Virus record (IMG/VR): IMGVR_UViG_3300037782_000115
Span: 1-64,000 of that record
Length of the DNA stretch: 64,000 bases
DNA from: a virus
Direction: 5' to 3' (one strand)
Shown: in pieces, positions 29,364 through 37,714 of the stretch
Layout of the letters: each line of letters starts with the position of its first letter
How positions within the stretch are numbered: the stretch's first letter is position 1
Notes under the pieces: model-generated
Seen by the model: the letters and a program-made list of their open reading frames with translations, nothing else
Databases searched by the model: none
What the model was told of the DNA's origin: nothing
Position numbers and translations under genes: made by a program

Positions 29364-29603
29364 TCAACCGTTGTCGGCGTGATCAGCGTATTGATTGAGC
29401 GCGAGCAAGACCTCGAGCTTGCTGCACTTGATATCGATTGGCTCAGCACAGATGGAGAATGTCCAAGGGTCGTCCGGGTCGTCGGTCATGTCGTTGGATC
29501 TCGCCTCGGCAAAGGCCGCTCGCGCTTTCCTAACCGACGTAAACCACTCAAAGCCGTTGCTTCCATCCGAGCAGGTGTAATACGAGTTGCGATAGAATCT
29601 CAT
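29364..29603 (-). CDS. Hypothetical protein, lone minus-strand gene
   Basis: AAGGAGG RBS 6 nt before ATG; stop abuts the stop of the + strand gene. Confidence 0.7.
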   Translation of the reverse strand: MRFYRNSYYTCSDGSNGFEWFTSVRKARAAFAEARSNDMTDDPDDPWTFSICAEPIDIKCSKLEVLLALNQYADHADNG

Positions 29604-29684
29604 GGTGGGCCTCCTTCATCTGCTAGTACCCACGACAGATGTCAGCTGATAACCCGGGGCGGGCAGAAATCGAGAGAAATTTAG

Positions 29685-29713
29685 TTGACGGGCACACGGC
29701 GTGGCGGTACCTT
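29685..29713 (+). promoter_or_regulatory. Sigma70-like promoter
   Basis: TTGACG-N17-TACCTT with A/T-rich upstream stretch. Confidence 0.65.
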
Positions 29714-29719
29714 GGCAGC

Positions 29720-29787
29720 ACGGGCCCCCCTGACTAGGCCTCTGTGAATCGGCCCCGGGCGGACCGGAACTCCCGCCCGGGGTTTTT
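29720..29787 (+). ncRNA. Putative ~68-nt small RNA or attenuated leader
   Basis: Lies between the promoter and a strong terminator; contains no translatable ORF. Confidence 0.45.
29753..29787 (+). terminator. Intrinsic terminator
   Basis: CCCCGGGCGG-N10-CCGCCCGGGG-TTTTT. Confidence 0.8.
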
Positions 29788-29792
29788 CTGTG

Positions 29793-29822
29793 CGCAACAC
29801 GCGCCGCGTCCGTGCGTCTAAT
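29793..29822 (+). promoter_or_regulatory. ECF-type promoter-like element (CGCAAC-N16-CGTCTAAT)
   Basis: Second TGCGTCTAAT copy (29813-29822), 5 nt before ATG 29828. Confidence 0.5.
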
Positions 29823-29827
29823 ACACC

Positions 29828-30157
29828 ATGGCAAAGGTCAGATGGTGTCAGGGTCGGCAGGGAATGAGGGGGCTCGCCTTTGAGTGCCCGGGCTGTGGTC
29901 ATAGGCACACGGTCGATGTGCGAGACCGGTCGGGCAAACGCCCCTCTTGGGAGTTCAACGGCGACATGGACAAGCCGACACTTCTCCCGTCGGTGAATTA
30001 CAGCCCGAACCACCCAGAAACCCGATGCCACTTCTATGTTCAGGGCGGCAAAATACGCTACCTTGGCGACTCGCATCATGAGCTCGCGGGCAAGACGGTC
30101 GACATGATCGACCTCCCCGCAGACGGAGAGGACGATGGCAAAGGTCAAGGCGTGTAA
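29828..30157 (+). CDS. DUF6527-like zinc-binding protein, copy 1
   Basis: FECPGCG..H, W.FNGD..KPT..PSV, CH.YV..G.I.YLGD..H.LAG.TV. Confidence 0.75.
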   Translation: MAKVRWCQGRQGMRGLAFECPGCGHRHTVDVRDRSGKRPSWEFNGDMDKPTLLPSVNYSPNHPETRCHFYVQGGKIRYLGDSHHELAGKTVDMIDLPADGEDDGKGQGV

Positions 30158-30425
30158 GAACGGGCAGGGCCGCGACAGCGTTGCGTTCGAATGCCCCGGC
30201 TGCGGATCGATCCATTTCTGCCCTATCGACAACGACGGCTGGAAGCTCACGGGCACAGACGAAAAGCCCACACTCAGGCCGTCGGTGCGCACGATGATGG
30301 GCAACGACCACCGGTGCCATCTGTACATCACCGATGGCGAGATCCAATATCTCGGCGACTGCGACCACGACATGGCGGGCAAGACGGTTCCGATGCGAGA
30401 CGTGGTGCTCCCGGGCGATGAGTAG
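30135..30425 (+). CDS. DUF6527-like zinc-binding protein, copy 2
   Basis: Same motifs; first 13 nt identical to copy 1. Confidence 0.75.
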   Translation: MAKVKACKNGQGRDSVAFECPGCGSIHFCPIDNDGWKLTGTDEKPTLRPSVRTMMGNDHRCHLYITDGEIQYLGDCDHDMAGKTVPMRDVVLPGDE

Positions 30426-30684
30426 CGAAGACCTGGGCGATATCTTCTTCGAAGCCAGAGACCGCGGCGTGACACTGGCGTTCGATTACGTGGACGCCGA
30501 TGGCGTCCCGACCAGTCGCGTGGTCGACCCGATCAGGCTCGAGCCCGACCACTTCTTTGGCTGGTGCTGCCACCGCGAAGATGTGAGGCGATTCGTTCGA
30601 GATCGGATGGAGCGTCCAAGGCTCGGGCCGTCGCCAAACGAGGTGCACCTGCCCCTGGGCGACCCGGAGACCGATTGTGACTAA
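30418..30684 (+). CDS. Stand-alone WYL-domain protein
   Basis: FDY.DADG..TSR.VDP......GWC..RED.R.F..DR. Confidence 0.75.
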   Translation: MSSEDLGDIFFEARDRGVTLAFDYVDADGVPTSRVVDPIRLEPDHFFGWCCHREDVRRFVRDRMERPRLGPSPNEVHLPLGDPETDCD

Positions 30685-31504
30685 AAAGATGAAATCGGTG
30701 ATCGCCGGCAGCAGAGGTATGGCCCTGGGCGCTGCGTTCGAGGACTCTCTCGATCAGCACGCGCACGAGGCGTACCGTCACCACGGCATCGCCGACATCT
30801 GCAAACTGCCCGTGCCCACGAGATCGATCGGCATCAACCGGCGGGTGCTGACCAGCAGGCAGCGATATGACTTCGAGGGGCGGCTCGGTCCGATGGCGGG
30901 TCCGACGCAGGCGCCGTCGGCGTATCACGGCTCTGCGATCGTGATGGAGTCCAAGGCGACGGGATCGAGCAAGACCAGCCTTGCGATCACGAAATCCACG
31001 AAGAACACGGGCATCAGCGGGCACCAGCTCGAGGCTTTGGCTATCGCGACCTGCATGTGGGGCGCTGTGGGCGTGGTAGTATGGAAGAACGGCGACAAGC
31101 GACTCGTGCTCACCCCGGACCGGGTGATTAAAGCTAACGCGATCTATCAGCAGGGCGGGCGTAAATCGATACCGGCCGACGAGTTTGTGGCGTACGACCG
31201 AGCAGAGTATCCTGGTTACGGAAAGATCGAAGACTGGTTGTATCCAGTCCGTTGCTGGATCGAGAACAACGGCCTGCCGTCGGCGACGATGGCGGCGGTA
31301 TGGAGCGGCATGCCAATGCAGTATAAAATCGAAGACGGTAAGCTGTATATCAGGGAAACGGCTGGCGAAGACAGGCCGTGGGAGTGTTTGGGGAGCCCGG
31401 CGGTAGTGCACCACCGATCAATCCTCGACCAGATCGCAACGGAGAGCAAGGATGCCGAGGCGTTTCGAAAAGCTGTCGGTCAATTCAAGCACGCCAGCGA
31501 CTGA
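30677..31504 (+). CDS. RecU-like Holliday junction resolvase (PD-(D/E)xK)
   Basis: G..FE..L, KLPVP, YDFEG, ESKAT, HQLE.L. Confidence 0.7.
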   Translation: MTKKMKSVIAGSRGMALGAAFEDSLDQHAHEAYRHHGIADICKLPVPTRSIGINRRVLTSRQRYDFEGRLGPMAGPTQAPSAYHGSAIVMESKATGSSKTSLAITKSTKNTGISGHQLEALAIATCMWGAVGVVVWKNGDKRLVLTPDRVIKANAIYQQGGRKSIPADEFVAYDRAEYPGYGKIEDWLYPVRCWIENNGLPSATMAAVWSGMPMQYKIEDGKLYIRETAGEDRPWECLGSPAVVHHRSILDQIATESKDAEAFRKAVGQFKHASD

Positions 31505-31790
31505 GCAAGATGACGGGAAGCCGATATCGCTGAACAGTGGCGAGCCATGCCCACCGACACACGCCGAGATGTTCAGTTACACAATCGAGAAGGGGACACG
31601 GGCGGTTATCGCCCGCAGACGAGACGGCCAAAGGATCATCTCCCAGACCCAGCCCATCGACAGAAACAACCCAGAGGCCGGCTACAACTCCCCGCATTGC
31701 ATGAGTGATCTAGAGATTCTTGATACATTCGTGCTGTCCAAAAACGCGTACCACTTCATCTGGAAAATCAACCAAAGGATCATGTTATGA
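31452..31790 (+). CDS. Hypothetical protein; start uncertain
   Basis: Fills the gap; ATGA overlap with next gene. Confidence 0.4.
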   Translation: MPRRFEKLSVNSSTPATEQDDGKPISLNSGEPCPPTHAEMFSYTIEKGTRAVIARRRDGQRIISQTQPIDRNNPEAGYNSPHCMSDLEILDTFVLSKNAYHFIWKINQRIML

Positions 31791-32101
31791 GTGATGAGAA
31801 TCTGTTCGATATCTCGAATGCCACCGAAGACCAACAGCGAGTCTACAAAGAAATTGAGGCCGCAATCATCCAAGTCGCGCCTCGAACGATCCGGTTCACA
31901 TACACAAGCGGCAAGGGAGAAGAATCGAAGCGCCACGTGGAGCCATACAAGATCGTCGGAGGCAAGGATGGCCTCAACCCGCAGCTGATGGCGTGGGACG
32001 TCGACAAAGACGCGATGCGTCGGTTCTCGCTCGACGGCATGGAGGGCATCAGCCAGGGCGATACGTTCACAGCCAGGGCGCCGATCGAAATCATGTGCTA
32101 A
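31787..32101 (+). CDS. Stand-alone WYL-domain protein
   Basis: IRFTY....G..S.R.VEPY......L.AWD..KDA.R.F.LD.M. Confidence 0.75.
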   Translation: MSDENLFDISNATEDQQRVYKEIEAAIIQVAPRTIRFTYTSGKGEESKRHVEPYKIVGGKDGLNPQLMAWDVDKDAMRRFSLDGMEGISQGDTFTARAPIEIMC

Positions 32102-32119
32102 GCGCGGGGGGCGGCGCCT

Positions 32120-32428
32120 GTGGGGAAGCAGCAAAAGAAATCCAAGAAGAAGGTGCCCCAGGCCTCGAAACAGGCCAAGAAGCAGAAGCGGGCGTGGCGG
32201 CGCAAAGCAATCAAAGAGAACGCAGGACAGGGGTGCCCCGCCTGCAAGAAGAAATTCGACAACGGCCAGCACATGGCGACCGTCGACCACATCATACCCA
32301 GGTCTATGGGAGGGGCCGACGCGCCGCACAACTACCAGCTCCTCTGCTTTCAATGCAACCTGGACAAGGGCAACAAAATGCCGTGGGACATGAATTTCCC
32401 GAATGCGAAGAAGGGATGGGGCCTGTGA
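32120..32428 (+). CDS. HNH endonuclease
   Basis: CPAC...TVDHIIPRS.GG....N.QLLC..CN..KG. Confidence 0.9.
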   Translation: MGKQQKKSKKKVPQASKQAKKQKRAWRRKAIKENAGQGCPACKKKFDNGQHMATVDHIIPRSMGGADAPHNYQLLCFQCNLDKGNKMPWDMNFPNAKKGWGL

Positions 32429-32889
32429 GAAAGATCAACGCACTGGCAAAGATCGGTCCGATCGCGATCGGGTATACCCAGGACTGGATCGGCTACGAAG
32501 ACTGTCCGTACATGAATCGATGGATCCTGTGGTTCGGGCTTGGAACGCTCAGAGTCCACAGGTTCATGCGAGACGACGAGGATCGTGACCTGCACGACCA
32601 CCCGTGGGCCTTTGTGACCATCCCCCTGCAAACCTACCACGAGGCGGTAACGGTCTCAGGCGAAGCCTCAGACTCTCTCAGGACGCTCAGGACGGTCAGG
32701 CGGTTCAGGCCCCATTTCAGACGGGCGAAGCACAGGCACTCGGTGAAGCTCATCACGAGACCGACGTGGACGATTGTCATCACGGGGCCCAAGACGCGCA
32801 GTTGGGGATTCTGGAGGCACGGAGAGTTTGTACACTGGAGGACATGGGTGGGCCAGAACCCGACCGCCCCATGCCAAGACCCGGAGTAG
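32425..32889 (+). CDS. Cupin-fold (cysteine dioxygenase-like) phage protein
   Basis: H.F...D.DR.LHDHPW, Y.E, HRH.V, WT..ITGP..RSWGF; GTGA overlap. Confidence 0.7.
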   Translation: MRKINALAKIGPIAIGYTQDWIGYEDCPYMNRWILWFGLGTLRVHRFMRDDEDRDLHDHPWAFVTIPLQTYHEAVTVSGEASDSLRTLRTVRRFRPHFRRAKHRHSVKLITRPTWTIVITGPKTRSWGFWRHGEFVHWRTWVGQNPTAPCQDPE

Positions 32890-32916
32890 GCCACACACAC
32901 GAAAAGGAGACGGACT

Positions 32917-34530
32917 ATGACCCGCAAAAACAACATCTGCCTTATCCTGGCGCTGCTCGCGATGATTCCGGTCGCCATCATCGGCGGCGTCACCATCAGC
33001 GAGGATGCGCAATCTCAGCAGCTCAACGCGGCGGCACGCGCCCAGCCAGAACCCCCGGCCGAGCCGTGGTCAGAGACATCCCTGGACTACAAGCAGTCGT
33101 TCGGCGATCAGATCCAGTTCAGAATCGGCGTCGAGCTCGGCGGCAACCTTTCGTTCGGCTCGTGGGTCACGCTTGAGGAGGGTACGGCTCTCCAGACGCG
33201 ACTGTTGATTCAAACGCGCGCGATCGCCTCCCCCGAACCACCCGGGCCGCCCGAACCGCCAGAGCCGCCCCAGACCGGAAACCCGGCGTGGTGGCCGCCT
33301 CAGTCGGCGATCGACGCGAGGGCAGCCGACGCGCGAGAGGTCAACGCAGCGATTCAGGCTGTCGACGGCGTGGGCGGCTTCATCACGCTGACAACCGAAG
33401 AAGCCGTTGATGCATTCGTTGACAAAATGGTCTACGGCGGAGCTGTCGAGGGCGCGCCAGACCGCCGCGTTGTGATCCGCCTAGCCGACGGCCTTCGGAT
33501 CAGCCAGCCGATGAAGAACGTGAAGAGCGAGTGGAAGCACCTGTGTTTCGACGGCGTGCTTTTTCAGCCCGACACACACACGAACAAGATCGCGATCTCG
33601 CTGCACGGCGACCACGACTACAACACATTCCTCAACTGCACCTTCCGCGATTGGGAGCAGGTGGCGGAGGGACAGGACGACGCGGTGGGCAACGAACCCG
33701 ACCACATCGTGTTCCAGGGCGGACTCTGGGAGGACATCTACAACTCTAACTCGCCGGTGGTCAACTACGACAACCAGAACGACGAGGACCATCGATCGCA
33801 AGGTGTGTGGTGGCAAGGCAGCGGCTGGCAGTTCAAGGGAGTGACGGCAAGGGGCGTTGGGTGGAACCGCGCCGGCGACCCGAACCGCATGCGCACCGAC
33901 AAGTTCAGTCAGATCCTCTATGGCTCACAGAAGGCCAGGAACACGACCGTGGAAGACTGTGTCTTCGAGGGCACGAGCAACAACGCGATCGTGATGAAAG
34001 GTTGGGGGCTGACAGTCCGCGGGTGCACGTTCGACCAGGTTGTCAACGCGGTGAGCTTCGGGACCAACCAGAACCAGCAGCAGCCGTGCGACGCGCTGAT
34101 TGAGAACTGCGAGATTAAGAGGCTCATCCCCCTCAACTGGAAGGATGACGGCTCGCTCCCGCGAGACGAGCAGGTCGCGGCCGACTCTGGGGTGGCGTTC
34201 AGCTTTCTCAACTTCAACGGGGTCACCATCCGAAATGTGAGGGTGACCGGCGAGAATACCGGCCGAAGAAACAGCTTCTTGTACTTCAACAACGGCAAGT
34301 CGAGCAATGTCGAAGCACTCGGCGCCTTGGTTGAATCGTGCGACGCCGGCCCTATGCGCCTAGCGGAGGTCCGCAATTTCAGGCTTCCGACCGGCGGGCT
34401 CGAGCTCACGGTGCGCAACACACAGAGCGGCGGGCAACCCGTGCTTGTCCGCAACACAATTCCGGCGGACGATCCCGCGGAGATTCTGAGCAAGGTTACG
34501 ATCGACGGTGATGCCCCCGCTTGGGAGTGA
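32917..34530 (+). CDS. Membrane-anchored/secreted right-handed beta-helix (pectin lyase-like) protein
   Basis: N-terminal hydrophobic helix, PEPP linker, repeated ..NCTF../..DCVF../..GCTF../..NCEI.. coils; AAAGGAG RBS. Confidence 0.7.
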   Translation: MTRKNNICLILALLAMIPVAIIGGVTISEDAQSQQLNAAARAQPEPPAEPWSETSLDYKQSFGDQIQFRIGVELGGNLSFGSWVTLEEGTALQTRLLIQTRAIASPEPPGPPEPPEPPQTGNPAWWPPQSAIDARAADAREVNAAIQAVDGVGGFITLTTEEAVDAFVDKMVYGGAVEGAPDRRVVIRLADGLRISQPMKNVKSEWKHLCFDGVLFQPDTHTNKIAISLHGDHDYNTFLNCTFRDWEQVAEGQDDAVGNEPDHIVFQGGLWEDIYNSNSPVVNYDNQNDEDHRSQGVWWQGSGWQFKGVTARGVGWNRAGDPNRMRTDKFSQILYGSQKARNTTVEDCVFEGTSNNAIVMKGWGLTVRGCTFDQVVNAVSFGTNQNQQQPCDALIENCEIKRLIPLNWKDDGSLPRDEQVAADSGVAFSFLNFNGVTIRNVRVTGENTGRRNSFLYFNNGKSSNVEALGALVESCDAGPMRLAEVRNFRLPTGGLELTVRNTQSGGQPVLVRNTIPADDPAEILSKVTIDGDAPAWE

Positions 34531-34555
34531 TCCGTTCAACAGCAACCAGGAACAC

Positions 34556-34586
34556 AAACGGGGCGCCGATCGTGGCGCCCCGTTTT
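34556..34586 (+). terminator. Intrinsic terminator, possibly bidirectional
   Basis: AAACGGGGCGCC-GATCGT-GGCGCCCCGTTTT. Confidence 0.85.
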
Positions 34587-34587
34587 C

Positions 34588-34616
34588 TTGACAGACCAGA
34601 AGCCTTGTCATAACCT
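34588..34616 (+). promoter_or_regulatory. Sigma70 promoter for a leaderless mRNA with operator-like IR
   Basis: TTGACA-N17-TAACCT-N6-ATG; TGACA(34589-93)/TGTCA(34606-10). Confidence 0.75.
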
Positions 34617-34622
34617 GTACGC

Positions 34623-34913
34623 ATGAGCAAGCAAGAACCGCCCGACAATGCACCGCAGAGCATCAGAAATCCACTGCAAACAAAGCAGGCACGCAGGATA
34701 CGGATATCAGACGACAAATGGAGCCGCATCGGGGAGCTCGCCGCGAAGCACGGCATCGGGCAGTCTGAGTACATCCGAAGACTGATCGATCGGGAGCTTC
34801 TGTCCGACTCAAGGGAGGACCGCACCAACCAGCGCATTGCATCCCTAGAGACCAGGATGGCGGCAATGGAGGCGTCGCTGGCCGCGGCGATCGTTCCCCA
34901 TGGCGAGGGCTAA
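34623..34913 (+). CDS. Ribbon-helix-helix (CopG-like) regulator
   Basis: RRIRISD..W..I..LA...GIG.SEYIR.LIDREL plus coiled coil. Confidence 0.75.
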   Translation: MSKQEPPDNAPQSIRNPLQTKQARRIRISDDKWSRIGELAAKHGIGQSEYIRRLIDRELLSDSREDRTNQRIASLETRMAAMEASLAAAIVPHGEG

Positions 34914-36126
34914 TTTCGACTTCATGAAAGAGCAGTGCGACCTGGCGGCGAATATTGTCGAGGTCGTATCCACCCGGTGTGACTTGCGGCCTAAAGGGCG
35001 CGAGTATGTCGGGCTCTGCCCATTCCACGACGATAAAAAGCCATCGATGACCGTGGTGCCGAAAAAGAACATCTTTCAATGCTTTTCTTGTGGCGCCGGC
35101 GGAGACCAATACGAATTCATCAAGCTGTATGAATCAGTCAAGTTCCCCGACGCGCTGAGGATTGTCTGCGAGATACTTGGTGTGCAGACGGACGGCAAGG
35201 CTGTTCAGTCGGGCGGCGAACGGGTCATGCGAGAGACGAAGAAGCACGAAGCGGTGCTTATGAGCCCGAGGCAGATTCTCGACGAGTGGAACTGGTACCG
35301 CGAGCGCTCGATGGATCCGGCGCCGTGGGAGCAGAGACTCGGCATCGAGCCCGGCGCGATCGAGATCGCCCAAATGACGGTTGCTCCCTATCGGCACAAC
35401 CAGGCCCGCAAAGTGCTCGTCAGCCCGATGCGGACCGCGGACGGCACGCTGTGCTCGCTTAGATTCAGAGATTTCGAGACGAAGAGCAGGTGGAGTCTCG
35501 ACCAGAAGGAGCGGATCGACGGCGAGTTGCAGGTCGTGGCAAACACCGCGTCAGGCCTGATGACGTGGGAAGAGTTCTACGACAACGACGTTTGTATCGA
35601 TGATTGCCGCGATATCGTCATTGAGGGCGAGACAGACCTGCTCGGCGGCATATCGATCATGATGCGCACCTACGGCAGCAATACCACCGAGTGGCCCGCA
35701 AGAATCGTTGCCCTTCCGGGCGTGATGGCGTGCCACGACATCCTGCTCGAGGCCAGGCTGTCCAGGCTGGTCGTGACGTTCTTCGACCTCGATGGCGCAG
35801 GCATGCGGGCCGCGTTCGATCACCGGAGGATGAAGAGGCACACAAAGCCGGACGGAACGCACGAGTTCCGGACAAACCTCGACGAGCCGCCCGTGCCAGG
35901 GCTTCTTCGGAAGCTGGCCACAACCGGTAGGCGTGCTCGGGCCTGCTTCCCGCCAACATCCAGCGACGGGAAGAAGTATGATCTGCGGGATATGGCAAAG
36001 AACGGGTGGGATTGGGACATGTGGCGATCCCACATGCTCCAACACGGGACCGCAGATCCAACAGGCGGCAGCCACGGCAGGAGGCTTCGGAATGGCAAAC
36101 GTGATATTTCAGCTTCGCCCGGTTGA
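34900..36126 (+). CDS. DNA primase (CHC2 zinc finger plus TOPRIM)
   Basis: GLCPFHDDKKPSM...FQCFSCGAGGD; IEGETD, FDLDGAG, DLRD. Confidence 0.85.
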   Translation: MARANFDFMKEQCDLAANIVEVVSTRCDLRPKGREYVGLCPFHDDKKPSMTVVPKKNIFQCFSCGAGGDQYEFIKLYESVKFPDALRIVCEILGVQTDGKAVQSGGERVMRETKKHEAVLMSPRQILDEWNWYRERSMDPAPWEQRLGIEPGAIEIAQMTVAPYRHNQARKVLVSPMRTADGTLCSLRFRDFETKSRWSLDQKERIDGELQVVANTASGLMTWEEFYDNDVCIDDCRDIVIEGETDLLGGISIMMRTYGSNTTEWPARIVALPGVMACHDILLEARLSRLVVTFFDLDGAGMRAAFDHRRMKRHTKPDGTHEFRTNLDEPPVPGLLRKLATTGRRARACFPPTSSDGKKYDLRDMAKNGWDWDMWRSHMLQHGTADPTGGSHGRRLRNGKRDISASPG

Positions 36127-36307
36127 GGGGACACCGTGGACGATCGGCGTGTTCGCGGATGGGGAGCAGATCGGCGGCGTACAGAACGGGGCCGCGGGCG
36201 ATGGCATGGTGTGGAGCGCCGTTGACAGTGAAGAGGCGGCGGTGTCCGAAGGGGCAACTATTGCAGAGGCCGCCAATGCGGTGATTGCGGATTACATGGC
36301 GCCATAA
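36092..36307 (+). CDS. Hypothetical protein
   Basis: AGGAGG RBS; 71 aa. Confidence 0.6.
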   Translation: MANVIFQLRPVEGTPWTIGVFADGEQIGGVQNGAAGDGMVWSAVDSEEAAVSEGATIAEAANAVIADYMAP

Positions 36308-36317
36308 AGGATCGAGA

Positions 36318-37703
36318 ATGGGCAAGGACAAAGAGCCGGAGTCTCAAGCGTTCGACACAAGGCACATGGAGATGTCGCTTCTCGGCTGGGCAATGACCTG
36401 GCCCGAGAGGTTTTATGAGATCCAAACGCTCTCTGACGAAGTCTTCTCGATGCCGGCGTGCGCCAGGCTATTCAAGACCATGAAGAAGCTCTACGAAGAC
36501 GGGGGGCAGGGCGCGATCGATACGCCGGCGATGATTGCTCGCGGTCTGACCGCCGCCGGCACAAAGGAAGACGACGCATTTGCACTTCTCACGGACATCC
36601 AAGACTACGCGCCGAGCAGCCCAGAAGGGTTTGCATACATCAGGGACCAAGTTGTCCGGCAGGCGGTTATGCGCAACGTCGACGCCGCGGGCTCTGAGAT
36701 ATCCACACTGGCCAAGTCGGGCATTGAGGACCCAGAAGAGTTGACGGCCCTGGCCATGGCGTCCCTCCAGTCGGCGATCGCCGTTGGATCTAAGACGACC
36801 ATCAAATCGATGGGCGAACAGATGCAGGCCGAGATCGAGAAGATGGAGCGTGCAGATCAGGGGCACGAGTACGCACAGCGTGGACTCAGCACCGGTATCA
36901 CGGCTGTCGACGACATCATCAATGGTATTGTCAACAAGAAGGTCTACGTCATCGCCGCACGCCCGAGCGTTGGCAAGACCGCATTTGTCTCGGCGATGAT
37001 CGGCGCGTTCCTAAACCAAGGCGCGTCCGGCCTCTTTGTGTCCCAGGAGATGGACGCCGAAGAATGCGCGGTTCGCATGATCTGTCACACCGCGGGGCTA
37101 AACATCGCCAACGTAACCAAGGGCCTGCTAAAGCCGACAGAGCGCAGGGCGTATGCCGAACACGCCCAGGAGTGGATGAGGACTCCGTGGTTTATCCACG
37201 ACGCCGGCGGCATGCCCATAACAAAGCTCTGCTCCTCAGCAAGGCGGCTCACGCTCGAGCACGACATCAAGTGGCTGGCGGTCGATTATCTCCAGCTGAT
37301 GGACCACCAGAAGCAAAGGGGCGAGAGCACCAACGACGCGATCGCGAGGACGTCACAGGCCGTCAAGGCCTTGGCCATGTCCCTCGACATACCGATCATC
37401 ATGCTCTCACAGCTCAACCGCGGCTCAGAAGGCCGCGACAACAAGAGGCCGAGGCTCGCAGACCTCCGAGACTCGGGCGCCATCGAACAAGACGCAGACG
37501 TGGTGATGTTCCTGTATCGCGACGCGATGTACTGGTCGCCCGAGGAACGAGAAGAGCACCGGGACAAGCCGTGCGAGATGGCCGAGGTGATTGTCGCCAA
37601 ACAGAGGAACGGGCCGATCGATACGGCGAAAGTGGCCTTCTACCCGTCTTGTGCTAGATATGCTAACCTACCAGAGGATTACGGATACACGACATACTCA
37701 TAG
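36318..37703 (+). CDS. dnaB: Replicative DNA helicase DnaB
   Basis: AARPSVGKT, SQEM, DYLQL, LSQLNR, DLRDSGAIEQDAD, AKQRNGP. Confidence 0.95.
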   Translation: MGKDKEPESQAFDTRHMEMSLLGWAMTWPERFYEIQTLSDEVFSMPACARLFKTMKKLYEDGGQGAIDTPAMIARGLTAAGTKEDDAFALLTDIQDYAPSSPEGFAYIRDQVVRQAVMRNVDAAGSEISTLAKSGIEDPEELTALAMASLQSAIAVGSKTTIKSMGEQMQAEIEKMERADQGHEYAQRGLSTGITAVDDIINGIVNKKVYVIAARPSVGKTAFVSAMIGAFLNQGASGLFVSQEMDAEECAVRMICHTAGLNIANVTKGLLKPTERRAYAEHAQEWMRTPWFIHDAGGMPITKLCSSARRLTLEHDIKWLAVDYLQLMDHQKQRGESTNDAIARTSQAVKALAMSLDIPIIMLSQLNRGSEGRDNKRPRLADLRDSGAIEQDADVVMFLYRDAMYWSPEEREEHRDKPCEMAEVIVAKQRNGPIDTAKVAFYPSCARYANLPEDYGYTTYS

Positions 37704-37714
37704 CCAGGGCACGC

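Noticed and set aside
31993-32424. Upstream part of the 298 aa ORF 31993-32889
   Set aside because: Overlaps the WYL and HNH genes; GTG 32425 is the coupled start
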